Positions 44,560 through 54,069 of a stretch of DNA of 54,069 bases are shown here, one piece after another. Location of the stretch: IMG/VR virus record IMGVR_UViG_3300020215_000008, positions 1-54,069 of that record. One strand, written 5' to 3'. A model generated the notes under the pieces. The model saw nothing but the letters and a program-made list of their open reading frames with translations, was not told the DNA's origin and ran no database searches. Made by a program: the position numbers and the translations under genes. Within the stretch, counting starts at the first letter, position 1. The number at the start of each line of letters is the position of its first letter. This stretch comes from a virus (Duplodnaviria > Caudoviricetes).

Positions 44560-44933
44560 TAGTAGCTCCAAATCGTAGGCCGTGGCTGGCCTGCCGCGTT
44601 CGGCAGGATGTCGAGGTGCAGGAATCGTCCGCCGCCCTTTTGGTTGATGCCGATCCCGGTGAAGCGCATCTGTAGCGCCAGCTTTAGAAGTGCCAAGGCA
44701 TCGCCGTGAGATATAGCTATATCTGCTGCTTTGCCGGTTGTATGGGGGCCGTACAGCCCCGTCTTCGATACCTTCGAGTTGTGTGCAGGGCAGCGATAAC
44801 CCGAAGAGATCAATAGCGGCTTTCGGAACCTGTGCCGAAGCTCGTCAAGTTCCAGCACTAATGCCGGGTCGATTTGGTTGGCGCCGCAGTGTTTGCACTT
44901 GAACTCGTCCAACGTGAAGTAACGGAAACTCAT
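44559..44933 (-). CDS. Endolysin, peptidase M15A family
   Basis: EFKCKHCG, SGYRCPAHN, HTTGKAADI and FLHLD motifs. Confidence 0.88.
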   Translation of the reverse strand: MSFRYFTLDEFKCKHCGANQIDPALVLELDELRHRFRKPLLISSGYRCPAHNSKVSKTGLYGPHTTGKAADIAISHGDALALLKLALQMRFTGIGINQKGGGRFLHLDILPNAAGQPRPTIWSY

Positions 44934-45139
44934 ACCCCGCCTTTCATCAGCGAGATTGCTTTCATGACCCCCGCACCCACCGCGCCTGCTGCGCCACCTA
45001 CGGCAAGCATCACTTTCCAGCCGCCTTTGGCTGTCGCGAGAATCGTTTTGATCTCCGCGATATCAGTGCGCAATGCGTGCACCTCTGTCTTGAGGTTGTC
45101 GATCGCCTCTTCGTGTCGTCCCAAGTCACGTTCGCTCAC
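44930..45139 (-). CDS. Small coiled-coil plus C-terminal TM protein (holin/antiholin-like)
   Basis: KGGWK followed by a Gly/Ala hydrophobic helix; directly before the endolysin. Confidence 0.6.
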   Translation of the reverse strand: MSERDLGRHEEAIDNLKTEVHALRTDIAEIKTILATAKGGWKVMLAVGGAAGAVGAGVMKAISLMKGGV

Positions 45140-45354
45140 AGTCGCTCTAACCTCTCGCGGATTCGCGACTGCTTAACGTGGTCGCAGACGTTGCGGCTGG
45201 GATCGCACACGGCGATCATCCGCTCGGGTGGATGGGAAATAGGTTTGTGCGCGTACCACCACGGCGGGACTCCCCCAGCACAGCCTGATGCGACTATCAT
45301 CGAAACTGCGACGCCAAAAAAACGCGAGGGAATGGATATGCTCAGGGCGGTCAT
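45136..45354 (-). CDS. Possible small lipoprotein
   Basis: VAVSMIVASGC lipobox-like; GTGA coupling to the next gene; start uncertain. Confidence 0.4.
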   Translation of the reverse strand: MTALSISIPSRFFGVAVSMIVASGCAGGVPPWWYAHKPISHPPERMIAVCDPSRNVCDHVKQSRIRERLERL

Positions 45355-46090
45355 GCGCGGACGGGTCTTCCAGTCATTGATCACACATCCTCCACAAATC
45401 ATTAATTGCGAGATTTGCGGGGGGCACAGGATCCAAGTACGGACGGATCCATCTCCACGAATCGGTTCGCGCTGCCTGTTCTGCCGGGGCACAGCCCACC
45501 ATCGCGGCACGTTCGCGGTGCTACGACAGTTGTTCGGACAAGACTTAGGCGGCTTGCGAGGCAAGAGCGTCTACGAGTTATCAGCTCATGGCGCGCTGTT
45601 CCACGCGCTGAAGCGATATGCTGCTCGGCTAGACTTTCGCTTCACTTACTCCGAGCTCTTCGATGCTCCGCTCGGATCTGTCAGGGATGGCGTGCGCTGC
45701 GAGAACGTTGAGCGCCTGACCTTCCCGGATCGTCAGTTCGACCTGATTACTTCCACCGGCATGATGGAGCACGTTGAAAATGACATCGCCGGCTATCGAG
45801 AAATTGCACGAGTGCTGAAGCCTGGCGGCTTCTATGTGTTCACCGTGCCGTATCACGAGAACTGCGGAACCATCATCCGAGCTCGACGCCTGGAAGACGG
45901 ATCAATCGAACACCTGAAACCACCCGAGTACCACTCGGACCCGTGGAACCCGGACGGTGTGTTCACTTGGCGAAATTACGGCCCCGATATCGTCTTAACG
46001 ATGGCAAGCGCCGGATTGCGTGCAGAAGTGCGGAAAGTGCGCGTATCCGGGCTCGAGCATGAGATGCCAATCGTGATCGGTACTATTTGA
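45332..46090 (+). CDS. Class I SAM-dependent methyltransferase with zinc ribbon (moron)
   Basis: CEICG/CLFC; LTFPDRQFDLI, MEHV and RVLKPGG motifs; GAGG RBS; opposite strand to the late operon. Confidence 0.85.
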   Translation: MDMLRAVMRGRVFQSLITHPPQIINCEICGGHRIQVRTDPSPRIGSRCLFCRGTAHHRGTFAVLRQLFGQDLGGLRGKSVYELSAHGALFHALKRYAARLDFRFTYSELFDAPLGSVRDGVRCENVERLTFPDRQFDLITSTGMMEHVENDIAGYREIARVLKPGGFYVFTVPYHENCGTIIRARRLEDGSIEHLKPPEYHSDPWNPDGVFTWRNYGPDIVLTMASAGLRAEVRKVRVSGLEHEMPIVIGTI

Positions 46091-48122
46091 TGAATCCGAT
46101 GATTGGAATCATCACATACTGCCCAGCCGTGAAGTTTGTCGTGTCAAAGTCATAAGTTGCATCGCTCGTCGCGTTGCGCAACCGGAACTCCGGACGTACT
46201 CGAGTTGTGCCATTGATGTTACGAGACTGCAGCCGCGGCTCGACAGCAATCGCATCGCCGCCGTTGGTACGGATGTTGCCTACGATGAACCCCTGCTCAC
46301 CGGCCACATTGTCGTTCGTGTTGAGGATGATGATTGAGTTGCTACCGGAGAGCCGACCCGCGGGCGCGGTGCCGAACCCAGCCCCAGAACTAACATCGGG
46401 GATCGCGACAGCCGTGTGTGGGTTTGTGACGGTGCTGCTGATACAACCGTCGTAGGTTGTCGCAGCTTCATCGCCGTCCACCACGGACACCTGCAGCGTG
46501 CCCCCGTTATTGATGAGCTTGATATAGAAGCAGTTGAATCCTGCGCCGCGCTGGTTCAGTACCTGCTCGACTCGCGAACCGTCGCTACTGTTGTATTGAG
46601 CGAAGAACCGATGATCGTCCGCGTCTTCGCCCTGCACATCGATGATGTTTCGACCGCCGATGAGCCCTAGGCCGGACAACCCTGGATTGTTCGCATCTGC
46701 CGCATGGATGTAGATACGGTTGCCGTAGTTTTCTGTACTCGCTGCAGTCGTGCGAAACTTGGACGTAGAGTAAGTGCCAGTGAAGTACGGATCTATGATC
46801 TCGCTATCGACAGAAGCAAGGATATCGATGGCATACGTTGACGATGCTCCATTGCACCAGGGACGTTGAACGAAGGCGCGATTCACCGGCGAGCTTGCGA
46901 TACCGAGCCGGATGTCAGTTCCGTTACCTTCGTAATATCCGCCGATGAGACGCGGTGCAACTCCCGTCAGGCGCACGCCGACCGTGCAAAATTCGATATT
47001 GGGCTCGACGATCGTCGCGGAGTTGACACCGCAGTCAATGCCGTAGCTCCATGCGCCATGAACGAACGGCTGGTCGACCTGCACACTGTTGGTCTCACCT
47101 TGCAGCAGAATTGCCGTTCCGCCGGTGCGACCACTTTGTCGCGGAGTCCATGGCCGAATGATGTTCGCGCGCCAGGAATAATAGAGCGAAATGCCATCCT
47201 TGCTGTTCGTCGTGTGTGCCACCGTGATCTTGTCGAGCAAGACCGCAGGAGCGCCGACGATCTGCACACACGCTGCCCATGCCGCGCCCGATGGTGCATT
47301 GCCGGTGATTGAGCCGGTGTGGTCGATGAAGAGATTGATCAGGCCAGCGTTCGCTACTTCCTTCGCGCCGCTCTGCACTTGTCCGATCGTGGCATCCAAG
47401 TTATCCGTGAACGTGCCGGACGAATAGGTCGCGGTGTAGACGCCTGCCCCGCTCCCTGTGCACAGATAGGTCGCGCTCCGCTGGGAGCTGCAACGGTGTA
47501 CTACGCCCGTGACCAGTGGGATGCCTTGCGTTCCGGTGTACATGCCATCCGGCCAGAACACTTCGACGGCAGTTTGAGATGTCGCAGCACGTTTCGCGCG
47601 CGCCACCTTGATGGCGTTGCGGATTGCCGTATCGCTGCTCGCACCTCCGGTCGGATCAGCGCCGTATCGCAGGATGTTCAATTCTGGATACGAGGTATCC
47701 GTCGGAGTGACACTTGCGGACTGCTCGTCAACAGTCTGGTCATAGCGAGTGTTCGCGCCGTAGCGCAAGGAGAACTCGAGCGAAGTCGTTCCGATCGTGA
47801 TCGGATTCGCCGTCGTAAGTTCGTATAGCGCGCCGTCTACAGTCCCATTGTGGACGATGACAATCGTTCCTTGTACAGCGTCGAGCGCTCCATCGAAGTC
47901 ACGAGCTCGACTCCATGAGCCCGTGCTTGCAGTGTAAATGCCGTTCTCTGACGCAGTTGTCTGCTCAATGACTAGAACGCGATCGCCTTCCTCCAGCGTG
48001 ACGCCACCGATTGTCTGCAGACCCGACAACGTGATATTGCTCGATGTGACCGCGCGACATGGTGCTTTGACCGCGACAGACGTCGCCAGGCCGTTACGTC
48101 GATCCGTATAGGTTGCGGGCAT
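46083..48122 (-). CDS. Tailspike / receptor-binding protein with beta-helix
   Basis: N-terminal NITLSGLQTI...GDRVLV...ENGIY domain; NILRYGADPTG pectate-lyase-3-type start of a beta-helix. Confidence 0.8.
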   Translation of the reverse strand: MPATYTDRRNGLATSVAVKAPCRAVTSSNITLSGLQTIGGVTLEEGDRVLVIEQTTASENGIYTASTGSWSRARDFDGALDAVQGTIVIVHNGTVDGALYELTTANPITIGTTSLEFSLRYGANTRYDQTVDEQSASVTPTDTSYPELNILRYGADPTGGASSDTAIRNAIKVARAKRAATSQTAVEVFWPDGMYTGTQGIPLVTGVVHRCSSQRSATYLCTGSGAGVYTATYSSGTFTDNLDATIGQVQSGAKEVANAGLINLFIDHTGSITGNAPSGAAWAACVQIVGAPAVLLDKITVAHTTNSKDGISLYYSWRANIIRPWTPRQSGRTGGTAILLQGETNSVQVDQPFVHGAWSYGIDCGVNSATIVEPNIEFCTVGVRLTGVAPRLIGGYYEGNGTDIRLGIASSPVNRAFVQRPWCNGASSTYAIDILASVDSEIIDPYFTGTYSTSKFRTTAASTENYGNRIYIHAADANNPGLSGLGLIGGRNIIDVQGEDADDHRFFAQYNSSDGSRVEQVLNQRGAGFNCFYIKLINNGGTLQVSVVDGDEAATTYDGCISSTVTNPHTAVAIPDVSSGAGFGTAPAGRLSGSNSIIILNTNDNVAGEQGFIVGNIRTNGGDAIAVEPRLQSRNINGTTRVRPEFRLRNATSDATYDFDTTNFTAGQYVMIPIIGFIK

Positions 48123-48137
48123 TCACAATCTCCAACG

Positions 48138-48160
48138 AAAAAACCCGCACGAGGCGGGTT
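48138..48160 (-). terminator. Intrinsic terminator (CUCGU loop)
   Basis: AACCCGC-CTCGT-GCGGGTT followed by TTTT. Confidence 0.75.
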
Positions 48161-48244
48161 AGAGTGCAAGGCAATAGGTTTCGTCTGACGTCCAGGCCCT
48201 GGCTCGTCAGATATCCAAGAACACTTCTGGGTTACTTAGGCTCG

Positions 48245-51200
48245 CTACCGAGCAAACAGCGCGTCACGAACACTGAATTCGTCAACTTCACCGGTCATGT
48301 AGTCGTACAAGTAGGATCCAGTGATCCATCCTTGCCGCCCAGGCAAATGGCCCCAATATGAGACGGCAAGCACTGCTGCCTTCACATCCGAGCGCGAGAC
48401 GTCTTGCTCGTCATCCAAGATTTTTTCGGGAATATTCAGCGCGGTTCCGGTCTGCGCGATGGCATCCAATGCAGGCGGACCGTCGTACCCGTAAGGCCCC
48501 ATGGCCTGAACAATTTCGCGGAAGCCGATCAGTCCCTGCAGCGGATAGGTCGCCCATAGCTTCCAGTTGTTGACAAACCAATCCTCCGGCTCTTCGTCAT
48601 CGCCAGGCCCGCGTTGCGTGAGTAACTCACCGAGTACGGCCGGAACAAACCACAGCAGCATGGCAGACGACACGAGCCGCGGTATGTCTGCAACGCTCTT
48701 TGTCATCCCGACGCGGCGCGCCATGAGGTTGTACATGACATTGAAGTAGCTGTAGAACGTTGTGAACAGCTTGAACAGTGGGTGGCCGGCTTGGATGCCG
48801 GCAAGATCCTTGGCGCCACCGGCCGACTGTGACTTTCGGACAGTGGAATCTGCGAAGTCGATCGCCGCATTCTCATCGCCAGCCTTCACACCTTCGACCG
48901 CCCCATCCATCGCCTTCCGATACGCACCCAGCCACGAAGGGATCGACACCGCCATATCCATCGCGCCGGTCATAAAGAAGAATGAGCGCCGCACTTTCGC
49001 GCTGCGGTCTTCCAGATTCTTCAGCTGATCGCGCACGTCGCGGTCGAACGTCGTCATGCGGTTGCGCATCTGCTCTGAGCGCTCGAAGACGAAATCCTTC
49101 GCCCGCGCCATCGCCATCGGCGTGCCTTTGCCGTAAAACTCTTTGAGCCCGATGCCCGCGTACTTGGCGCCTAGCATCTCGACGGTCTGCAAATAGCCCA
49201 ACGGCTGCACAATGGCCGTTGTGATCTTGAAGCCCATGCTGACAATCGACGCACCCGCGCGCGCGTGGTTCAGGATGGATTCGACCGTGTTCATCGGCTG
49301 GCGATAGTCGGCCGCAATGTTGCGAAGCCATGGCCGCAGCTGACGGTACATCTCGCGGCCGGCGGTCTGCACGATCGCACTTTCAATCCTCGAGTCTTGG
49401 ATCAACCGATCGACGTCGAGTACCGCGCGGCGGAAGGACAAGTCGTGAATGACGTTCGTGACGTGTTCGGTGTAAACGCCGAGATCCAGCTTAACCTTCT
49501 TGCCGGCGGAATCGGTGCGGGCCTTCGTGTGACCTTGCCGTGTTGCAATGCGCGCGAAATTGCCACCGAACATTTCGGTGACACTCTGTGCTTCGTCCTG
49601 TTGGCTCTGACGTTCGGAGGTTTCCGAGTCGTACTTCAGCGGATAATAGCCACCTTTGACCTGCCGACCAGTCGGCGTGATGAACGGCTCGGCTGCGACC
49701 TTCTCAGGCTCCAACCCGGTCAGATCCTTCTGAAGCTGTGCGATCTCGGTCCAGTACGTGTTGATATGGTCCCAGATCGCCTCAACCGTATCCCAATCGC
49801 GATTGTCGAGCTTGGCCAAGATCGCCGTAAGCTGCGCCTCGCTCCAACCGTACCCGCGCAAAAGCACGTCTCGGTTGTATTGGTTTCCGGCGTTAAGCGC
49901 CACGGCCAGGAGCGATGAGCGCGTGAAGGACGCCTTCACCTCCGGCACGTAGATTTTGTGTGTGAACAACCCGGACAGCTCGCTCTTGCTGTACCGCCCA
50001 AGGATCGACCGGAGCGCCTCACGCGCCTCGCGCATCTTGGCCTGCTCGGCGTTCTCCGCGTCGGCGAGCGGCTTAAACAGCGCCTCCCACGTTGATCCTA
50101 GATCCTTCTCGCCATCGAGCCACGAAAATAGAAATTCCATCTTCGTGTGTTCGGCGAAGTAGCGCTTCACGCCCTTCTTGAGCTTCTCCCCGAACCGCGG
50201 CGCGAAGTCGACCGGCTCTTCCTTGCGCGTGTGATTCGCATCGATCGACGCGACCACATCATCGACCGTCTCATCAAAGTCTCGCTTCTTCGCCGATGCC
50301 AGCAGCTTGTTCTTGAGACGCGACAGATGATCGATGTTCTTGACCGCATCGTGCAAGCCTTGGAGCTCGACCAGCGTCAGCGTCTTGTACGGTGTGCGGC
50401 GCGCCTCGTCGAGCACGTGATTAGGGATGGATACTTCCATACCCAGCTTCCGCTGTTCGTCAACCCATTCCAGCAACGCCGTGCGCTTCAGATCCTCGAT
50501 GTTGGAAACATTCGAGAAATCGAACCGCGCGCGGATGGCATCGATCTGCGCCAGGAATTGCCCGCCGGCCTTACCAAGTCGCTGTCGCGCTGACTTCTCA
50601 TCGAAGCTACGCATGTACTCGACGATCCCATCGATCTCTTCGCGTGCTTTGACAGCTGCCCTATAGAGTTCATGATTGAGGATCTGCCGGCGCTTCTCTG
50701 CATAGGCTTCATCGAACTTCCCCTTGCCGGCCAGCTCGAACGCCTTGCGCGCAGCCTTCGCTTCCGCCACGCGGTACAGGTTCGGCTGGATGTCTCGCAC
50801 CTTCTTGGCTTGCATGATCCGACCGACCGCTGCCTTGATGGCACGCAATTCGTCCTGATCCGGCAGCGATGCCTCGTTCGCCTCGCGGGCCTGCTTGGCT
50901 TCTCGTGTCTTGGACTTCTCGGTCGCACGTGCGAACTGCTGCACTTCACGGCGCTTGCGGTTCAACGCGCGGAGCTCGGCTGCCATCACCTTGGCGCGCG
51001 CATCGGTATGCACCGACTGCATCGCCTGATCGGCCAGCGTGCCATCGTTCAGCATGTCGCCGTACTTCTCGCGCATGCGAGCGTCGGCTTCCATCTCGAT
51101 CAGCTGGGTCTTCGGCCGTGCGTTTGCCAGAGCCTCAACCAGCGCATCAGCAGAATCGAACTCCCACATCGAGCTGGCGATATCGGGATTGATGCCGTCC

Positions 51201-54069
51201 TTCGCCGTAACGCCCCGCGGCAACCGCTTGAGGAAGTCTTTGCCATAGCGATCCTCGAGCGCCTTGCGGTTCAGCTTCACCGGCTCGACGCCCTCGACCT
51301 TCTGCCCGTCTGGGGTCTGCCCTTTCTGCAGGAACGCGATCGCCCGATACACCGGCATCGCATTCACTTCGGCCTCGACCGACGCACGCATCTTGGCGCG
51401 TTCTTCCTTCCACCAGGCTTTCTGCTCGCGCGTGAGTTGCTTGAGTGCTCGGTCCGTCAGTTCCTCGACGGCCTCTTGATGTGCCTTCGCCACGATGCCG
51501 CGGTACGCATCCCACTCTTCCGGCGACATGCCCGCATCGGCTGCGGACGTGAAGATCGGCACATAGTTCTGTGATTCTTCAGCTGCGTCGATCTCTTCGT
51601 CCGTCGCGACTAGGCGGTCCATCACCCCGCGCACGTCATCTGTTAGGTTGACGTTGAGGCGCGTGATACTGCGGTACACGGCCACGAGCCACGCCCGAAA
51701 GCGTGCGAACACGGATTGCACCTCGACAGATGGCGCCTTGCCTTCCATTAGGTAGGCTTCGAAGCCGCGCGCCCATTGTTCATGTTGGTCAACGCCGATC
51801 TCGGCACGAGACTTCACGCCCATCCATTTCAAGACACTGGCGAAGTCTTCCTTGACCTGTGCCGGCGCATTAGCGTCTTCGGCGAGGTCAGCGAGGATCT
51901 CAAGATAGAAGTGTCCGCTCTCGTGCAGGAACGTGGAGAGATCGGCCTTCTCGAGTAACGAGATGGTGAATTGGCGATCGGCCCCGAACTGGATGGCGCC
52001 GCGCTTCGTTTCGTCGTAGCGCTGCTCCAGGATATTCGGCGAGTGCGGATCGAACGTGCCGTGGTTGCCAGTTGCAGATTTAATCTGTGAGGGATCAAAC
52101 ACTGCGTATTCATAAGGCGTGATGATCCCATCATGCCCTGCGGCCTTAGCTGCCACAATCTGTTCGGCTGTCGGAGACTTCGACAATTGCGCAGGATTCT
52201 TTAGCCGGAGATACACCGGCATGATGCTGCCGCTCTCGCCGTTGGAAGAATCGAACGCATAAGATTCCGCACTGTCCGGATCAATCGTAAAGAAGAATGC
52301 ATCCCTACTCCCTTCCGGACCTTGAGTGCGGCTATTAAATGTCTCTGGGTCAAACGTATCGAAGTCGCCCTTGGTCCCGTGATACACCACCAATGGATGT
52401 CCTTCTCCGTCTACCACCTTCGACCCCGCAAACCACCGCCAAAAGTTCCGCTGCTGCTCCGGTTTCTCAGCAACAGGCTGTCCCTTCGAATTAGTAATCG
52501 GGTAGCGCTTGCGGTTCACTTCAATCGTCAACGGCTGGTCATAGCTCGTACCGCTAGTTCCAGGGATGTCGCGTTGAACGCGCAACCCATAGCGCTCATA
52601 CAGTGCCTGCGGATCCATGCCTGTACGTTGACCGAGAGTGCGAAACACGACCTGCATCAGCGTCGCATTCTTCTCGGCCGTCGACTGCTCCATGCCCGTT
52701 GCAAGCAGCTGGCCAACGACATCGTCGTAAACCGCCTGCGAGGTATCGGGACGGACTTCCGCAGCCTCCTTTTCGGCGATCTTCTTGGCTTCTGCGTCCA
52801 TGCCTTCCTTGCTTTCCTTGGCTTCGGCCGCGGTCAAGCCATCTGCCGTGAAAGCGATGTGATCGAGCAGGCTTTCGGCCTTCTTGTTCGTCGCCAAGCG
52901 CGCGACGTACTTCTCCACTGGAATCGCGATTCTCGAACTAGACACTGCCGCCTCAAAGTACGTCGTACTTGAGCCGGTGAGATCCGCGGCCGCCTGCGCC
53001 GCTTCTTGGTCCGACTGGAAGAGCGTGCGAAAAGCTTGAGGATCAATGTATACAGTGTCGACGCCGTCTTCCTTCAGTGACGCGACAAACTCTTCGAACT
53101 TCTCTGGCGATCGCTGAGCAAGCTTCGACTGTTGGGCGAGCGCGTGCAGCTGCTCGGCCGTTTCACGATTACGGCTTGCAGTATCCATTGCACGGCCTGG
53201 AACGATTGCGTTCAGGATCGCGCGCGCGACTGCGCCCGTACCGCCGGCTGCGAGGGCGTCATGCTCAAGGCCCTCCAGGATCGGCGCATTAGGATCGAAG
53301 ACTGCAGCCGCGGTTAAGTTGTGCAGTACACCTTCGGTCACCTCCTGGAGCGCCTCAGTGCCCCCAGCGATCGCAACATCGTAGAGCTTGGCCAAGATGG
53401 CATTGCGAACGCCCGGCGCCACGCGCTTCAGGAGCGCATCGAGCCCGTAGCGTTCAGTGACTGCCGTAATGCCCGCGCCGGCCAATGTGGCCACGTCGAG
53501 CTGCTCTTCGGTAGCGCCAGCTGCTTCCGCGCGCTCGCCCATGATGTCCGCACCCTGAGCGAACAACATAGACGTCGAGCTCGTGCCGCCGGTGAGCAAA
53601 AGCCCACCGATCTGCATGGAGACCTGACCGAGCCCCTTGCTGATGTCTGTCGCAAGGTTTTGATCTTGCTCTGCCGGGCCGATCAGATCGCCAGCTGCCT
53701 TCGTGCTATCACCAGCCATGCGCAATACGCCGCCGGGTGTGGCATACCACGGTGCTTCGAACGTCGTGGCATCAACCAGCCAGTCAAGTCCCACCGCGCG
53801 CATGCCGCGCTGGGTCAATCGATCTGCGGTCTGGTATAGCCGCCCCGCACCGGACAGCGTGCTGCCGAACGCCTCGTAAGCGCCCGCCGGCAATGCACGC
53901 GCCACATCGACACTCTGTTTAACACGCTTCTTGTACAGATTGACTGTGCGCTCGAACATCGAGAGCGTCTCGACGTCGTCCTGTGCAACCGCTGCATTGT
54001 CAACATTGGCCAACCACGCCTGCGTCGTCGGCGCCTCGTTCGCGTCCATGAGCGCGCCGTACTTGCTTG
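48245..54069 (-). CDS. Giant internal virion/polyvalent protein with ADP-ribosyltransferase-like domain (start at 308 across the junction)
   Basis: 1934 aa in this segment; FWRWFAGSKVVD...VYHGT...YAVFDPSQIKSATGN domain; HESGH metallopeptidase-like motif. Confidence 0.85.
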   Translation of the reverse strand, partial: SKYGALMDANEAPTTQAWLANVDNAAVAQDDVETLSMFERTVNLYKKRVKQSVDVARALPAGAYEAFGSTLSGAGRLYQTADRLTQRGMRAVGLDWLVDATTFEAPWYATPGGVLRMAGDSTKAAGDLIGPAEQDQNLATDISKGLGQVSMQIGGLLLTGGTSSTSMLFAQGADIMGERAEAAGATEEQLDVATLAGAGITAVTERYGLDALLKRVAPGVRNAILAKLYDVAIAGGTEALQEVTEGVLHNLTAAAVFDPNAPILEGLEHDALAAGGTGAVARAILNAIVPGRAMDTASRNRETAEQLHALAQQSKLAQRSPEKFEEFVASLKEDGVDTVYIDPQAFRTLFQSDQEAAQAAADLTGSSTTYFEAAVSSSRIAIPVEKYVARLATNKKAESLLDHIAFTADGLTAAEAKESKEGMDAEAKKIAEKEAAEVRPDTSQAVYDDVVGQLLATGMEQSTAEKNATLMQVVFRTLGQRTGMDPQALYERYGLRVQRDIPGTSGTSYDQPLTIEVNRKRYPITNSKGQPVAEKPEQQRNFWRWFAGSKVVDGEGHPLVVYHGTKGDFDTFDPETFNSRTQGPEGSRDAFFFTIDPDSAESYAFDSSNGESGSIMPVYLRLKNPAQLSKSPTAEQIVAAKAAGHDGIITPYEYAVFDPSQIKSATGNHGTFDPHSPNILEQRYDETKRGAIQFGADRQFTISLLEKADLSTFLHESGHFYLEILADLAEDANAPAQVKEDFASVLKWMGVKSRAEIGVDQHEQWARGFEAYLMEGKAPSVEVQSVFARFRAWLVAVYRSITRLNVNLTDDVRGVMDRLVATDEEIDAAEESQNYVPIFTSAADAGMSPEEWDAYRGIVAKAHQEAVEELTDRALKQLTREQKAWWKEERAKMRASVEAEVNAMPVYRAIAFLQKGQTPDGQKVEGVEPVKLNRKALEDRYGKDFLKRLPRGVTAKDGINPDIASSMWEFDSADALVEALANARPKTQLIEMEADARMREKYGDMLNDGTLADQAMQSVHTDARAKVMAAELRALNRKRREVQQFARATEKSKTREAKQAREANEASLPDQDELRAIKAAVGRIMQAKKVRDIQPNLYRVAEAKAARKAFELAGKGKFDEAYAEKRRQILNHELYRAAVKAREEIDGIVEYMRSFDEKSARQRLGKAGGQFLAQIDAIRARFDFSNVSNIEDLKRTALLEWVDEQRKLGMEVSIPNHVLDEARRTPYKTLTLVELQGLHDAVKNIDHLSRLKNKLLASAKKRDFDETVDDVVASIDANHTRKEEPVDFAPRFGEKLKKGVKRYFAEHTKMEFLFSWLDGEKDLGSTWEALFKPLADAENAEQAKMREAREALRSILGRYSKSELSGLFTHKIYVPEVKASFTRSSLLAVALNAGNQYNRDVLLRGYGWSEAQLTAILAKLDNRDWDTVEAIWDHINTYWTEIAQLQKDLTGLEPEKVAAEPFITPTGRQVKGGYYPLKYDSETSERQSQQDEAQSVTEMFGGNFARIATRQGHTKARTDSAGKKVKLDLGVYTEHVTNVIHDLSFRRAVLDVDRLIQDSRIESAIVQTAGREMYRQLRPWLRNIAADYRQPMNTVESILNHARAGASIVSMGFKITTAIVQPLGYLQTVEMLGAKYAGIGLKEFYGKGTPMAMARAKDFVFERSEQMRNRMTTFDRDVRDQLKNLEDRSAKVRRSFFFMTGAMDMAVSIPSWLGAYRKAMDGAVEGVKAGDENAAIDFADSTVRKSQSAGGAKDLAGIQAGHPLFKLFTTFYSYFNVMYNLMARRVGMTKSVADIPRLVSSAMLLWFVPAVLGELLTQRGPGDDEEPEDWFVNNWKLWATYPLQGLIGFREIVQAMGPYGYDGPPALDAIAQTGTALNIPEKILDDEQDVSRSDVKAAVLAVSYWGHLPGRQGWITGSYLYDYMTGEVDEFSVRDALFAR
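53943..54069. repeat. Terminal direct repeat (assembly overlap), copy 2
   Basis: Identical to 1-127. Confidence 0.95.

Noticed and set aside
48170-48240. Hammerhead ribozyme (CUGACGA...GAAAC on the minus strand)
   Set aside because: Stems I-III cannot be formed properly, and the core lies in a competing UCUGACG/CGUCAGA hairpin
53943-54069. 127-bp terminal repeat as a biological DTR
   Set aside because: Length equals a standard assembler k-mer and it falls mid-gene, so it is an overlap artefact

Overview
Complete circular genome (53,942 bp; bases 1-127 are repeated exactly at 53943-54069, a typical assembler overlap) of a temperate, GC-rich podovirus. It has BPP-1/T7-like virion genes (portal, scaffold, capsid, tubular tail proteins A/B, internal virion proteins, a ~2,000-aa polyvalent injected protein with an ADP-ribosyltransferase-like domain, and a beta-helix tailspike) under lambdoid control (cI/cro with five GCAA-N4-TTGC operators, CII-like, Q-like, PR'/tR'). 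Replication uses a DUF1376-type initiator with iterons, an SF2 helicase and a primase. Other modules are AAA ATPase/SSB/Ref recombination genes, a P22-type integrase, and a lysis cassette at the far end of the late operon. The SSB, integrase and tRNA target suggest a gammaproteobacterial host (inference). Most notable observations: (1) attP carries the 5' half, not the usual 3' half, of tRNA-Thr(CGT) plus a candidate promoter, so the prophage would take over transcription of the host tRNA; (2) an early gene is built from in-frame cassettes bounded by an 11-bp repeat, and one duplicated cassette folds into a 72-nt tRNA-like cloverleaf ending in CCA; (3) the capsid leader RNA has three copies of one internal loop; (4) there are glycosyltransferase and methyltransferase morons and an unusual secreted/decoration gene block; (5) the o-spanin appears rebuilt around an antisense HNH remnant. 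All calls come from reading the sequence by eye; no database searches or folding programs were run.
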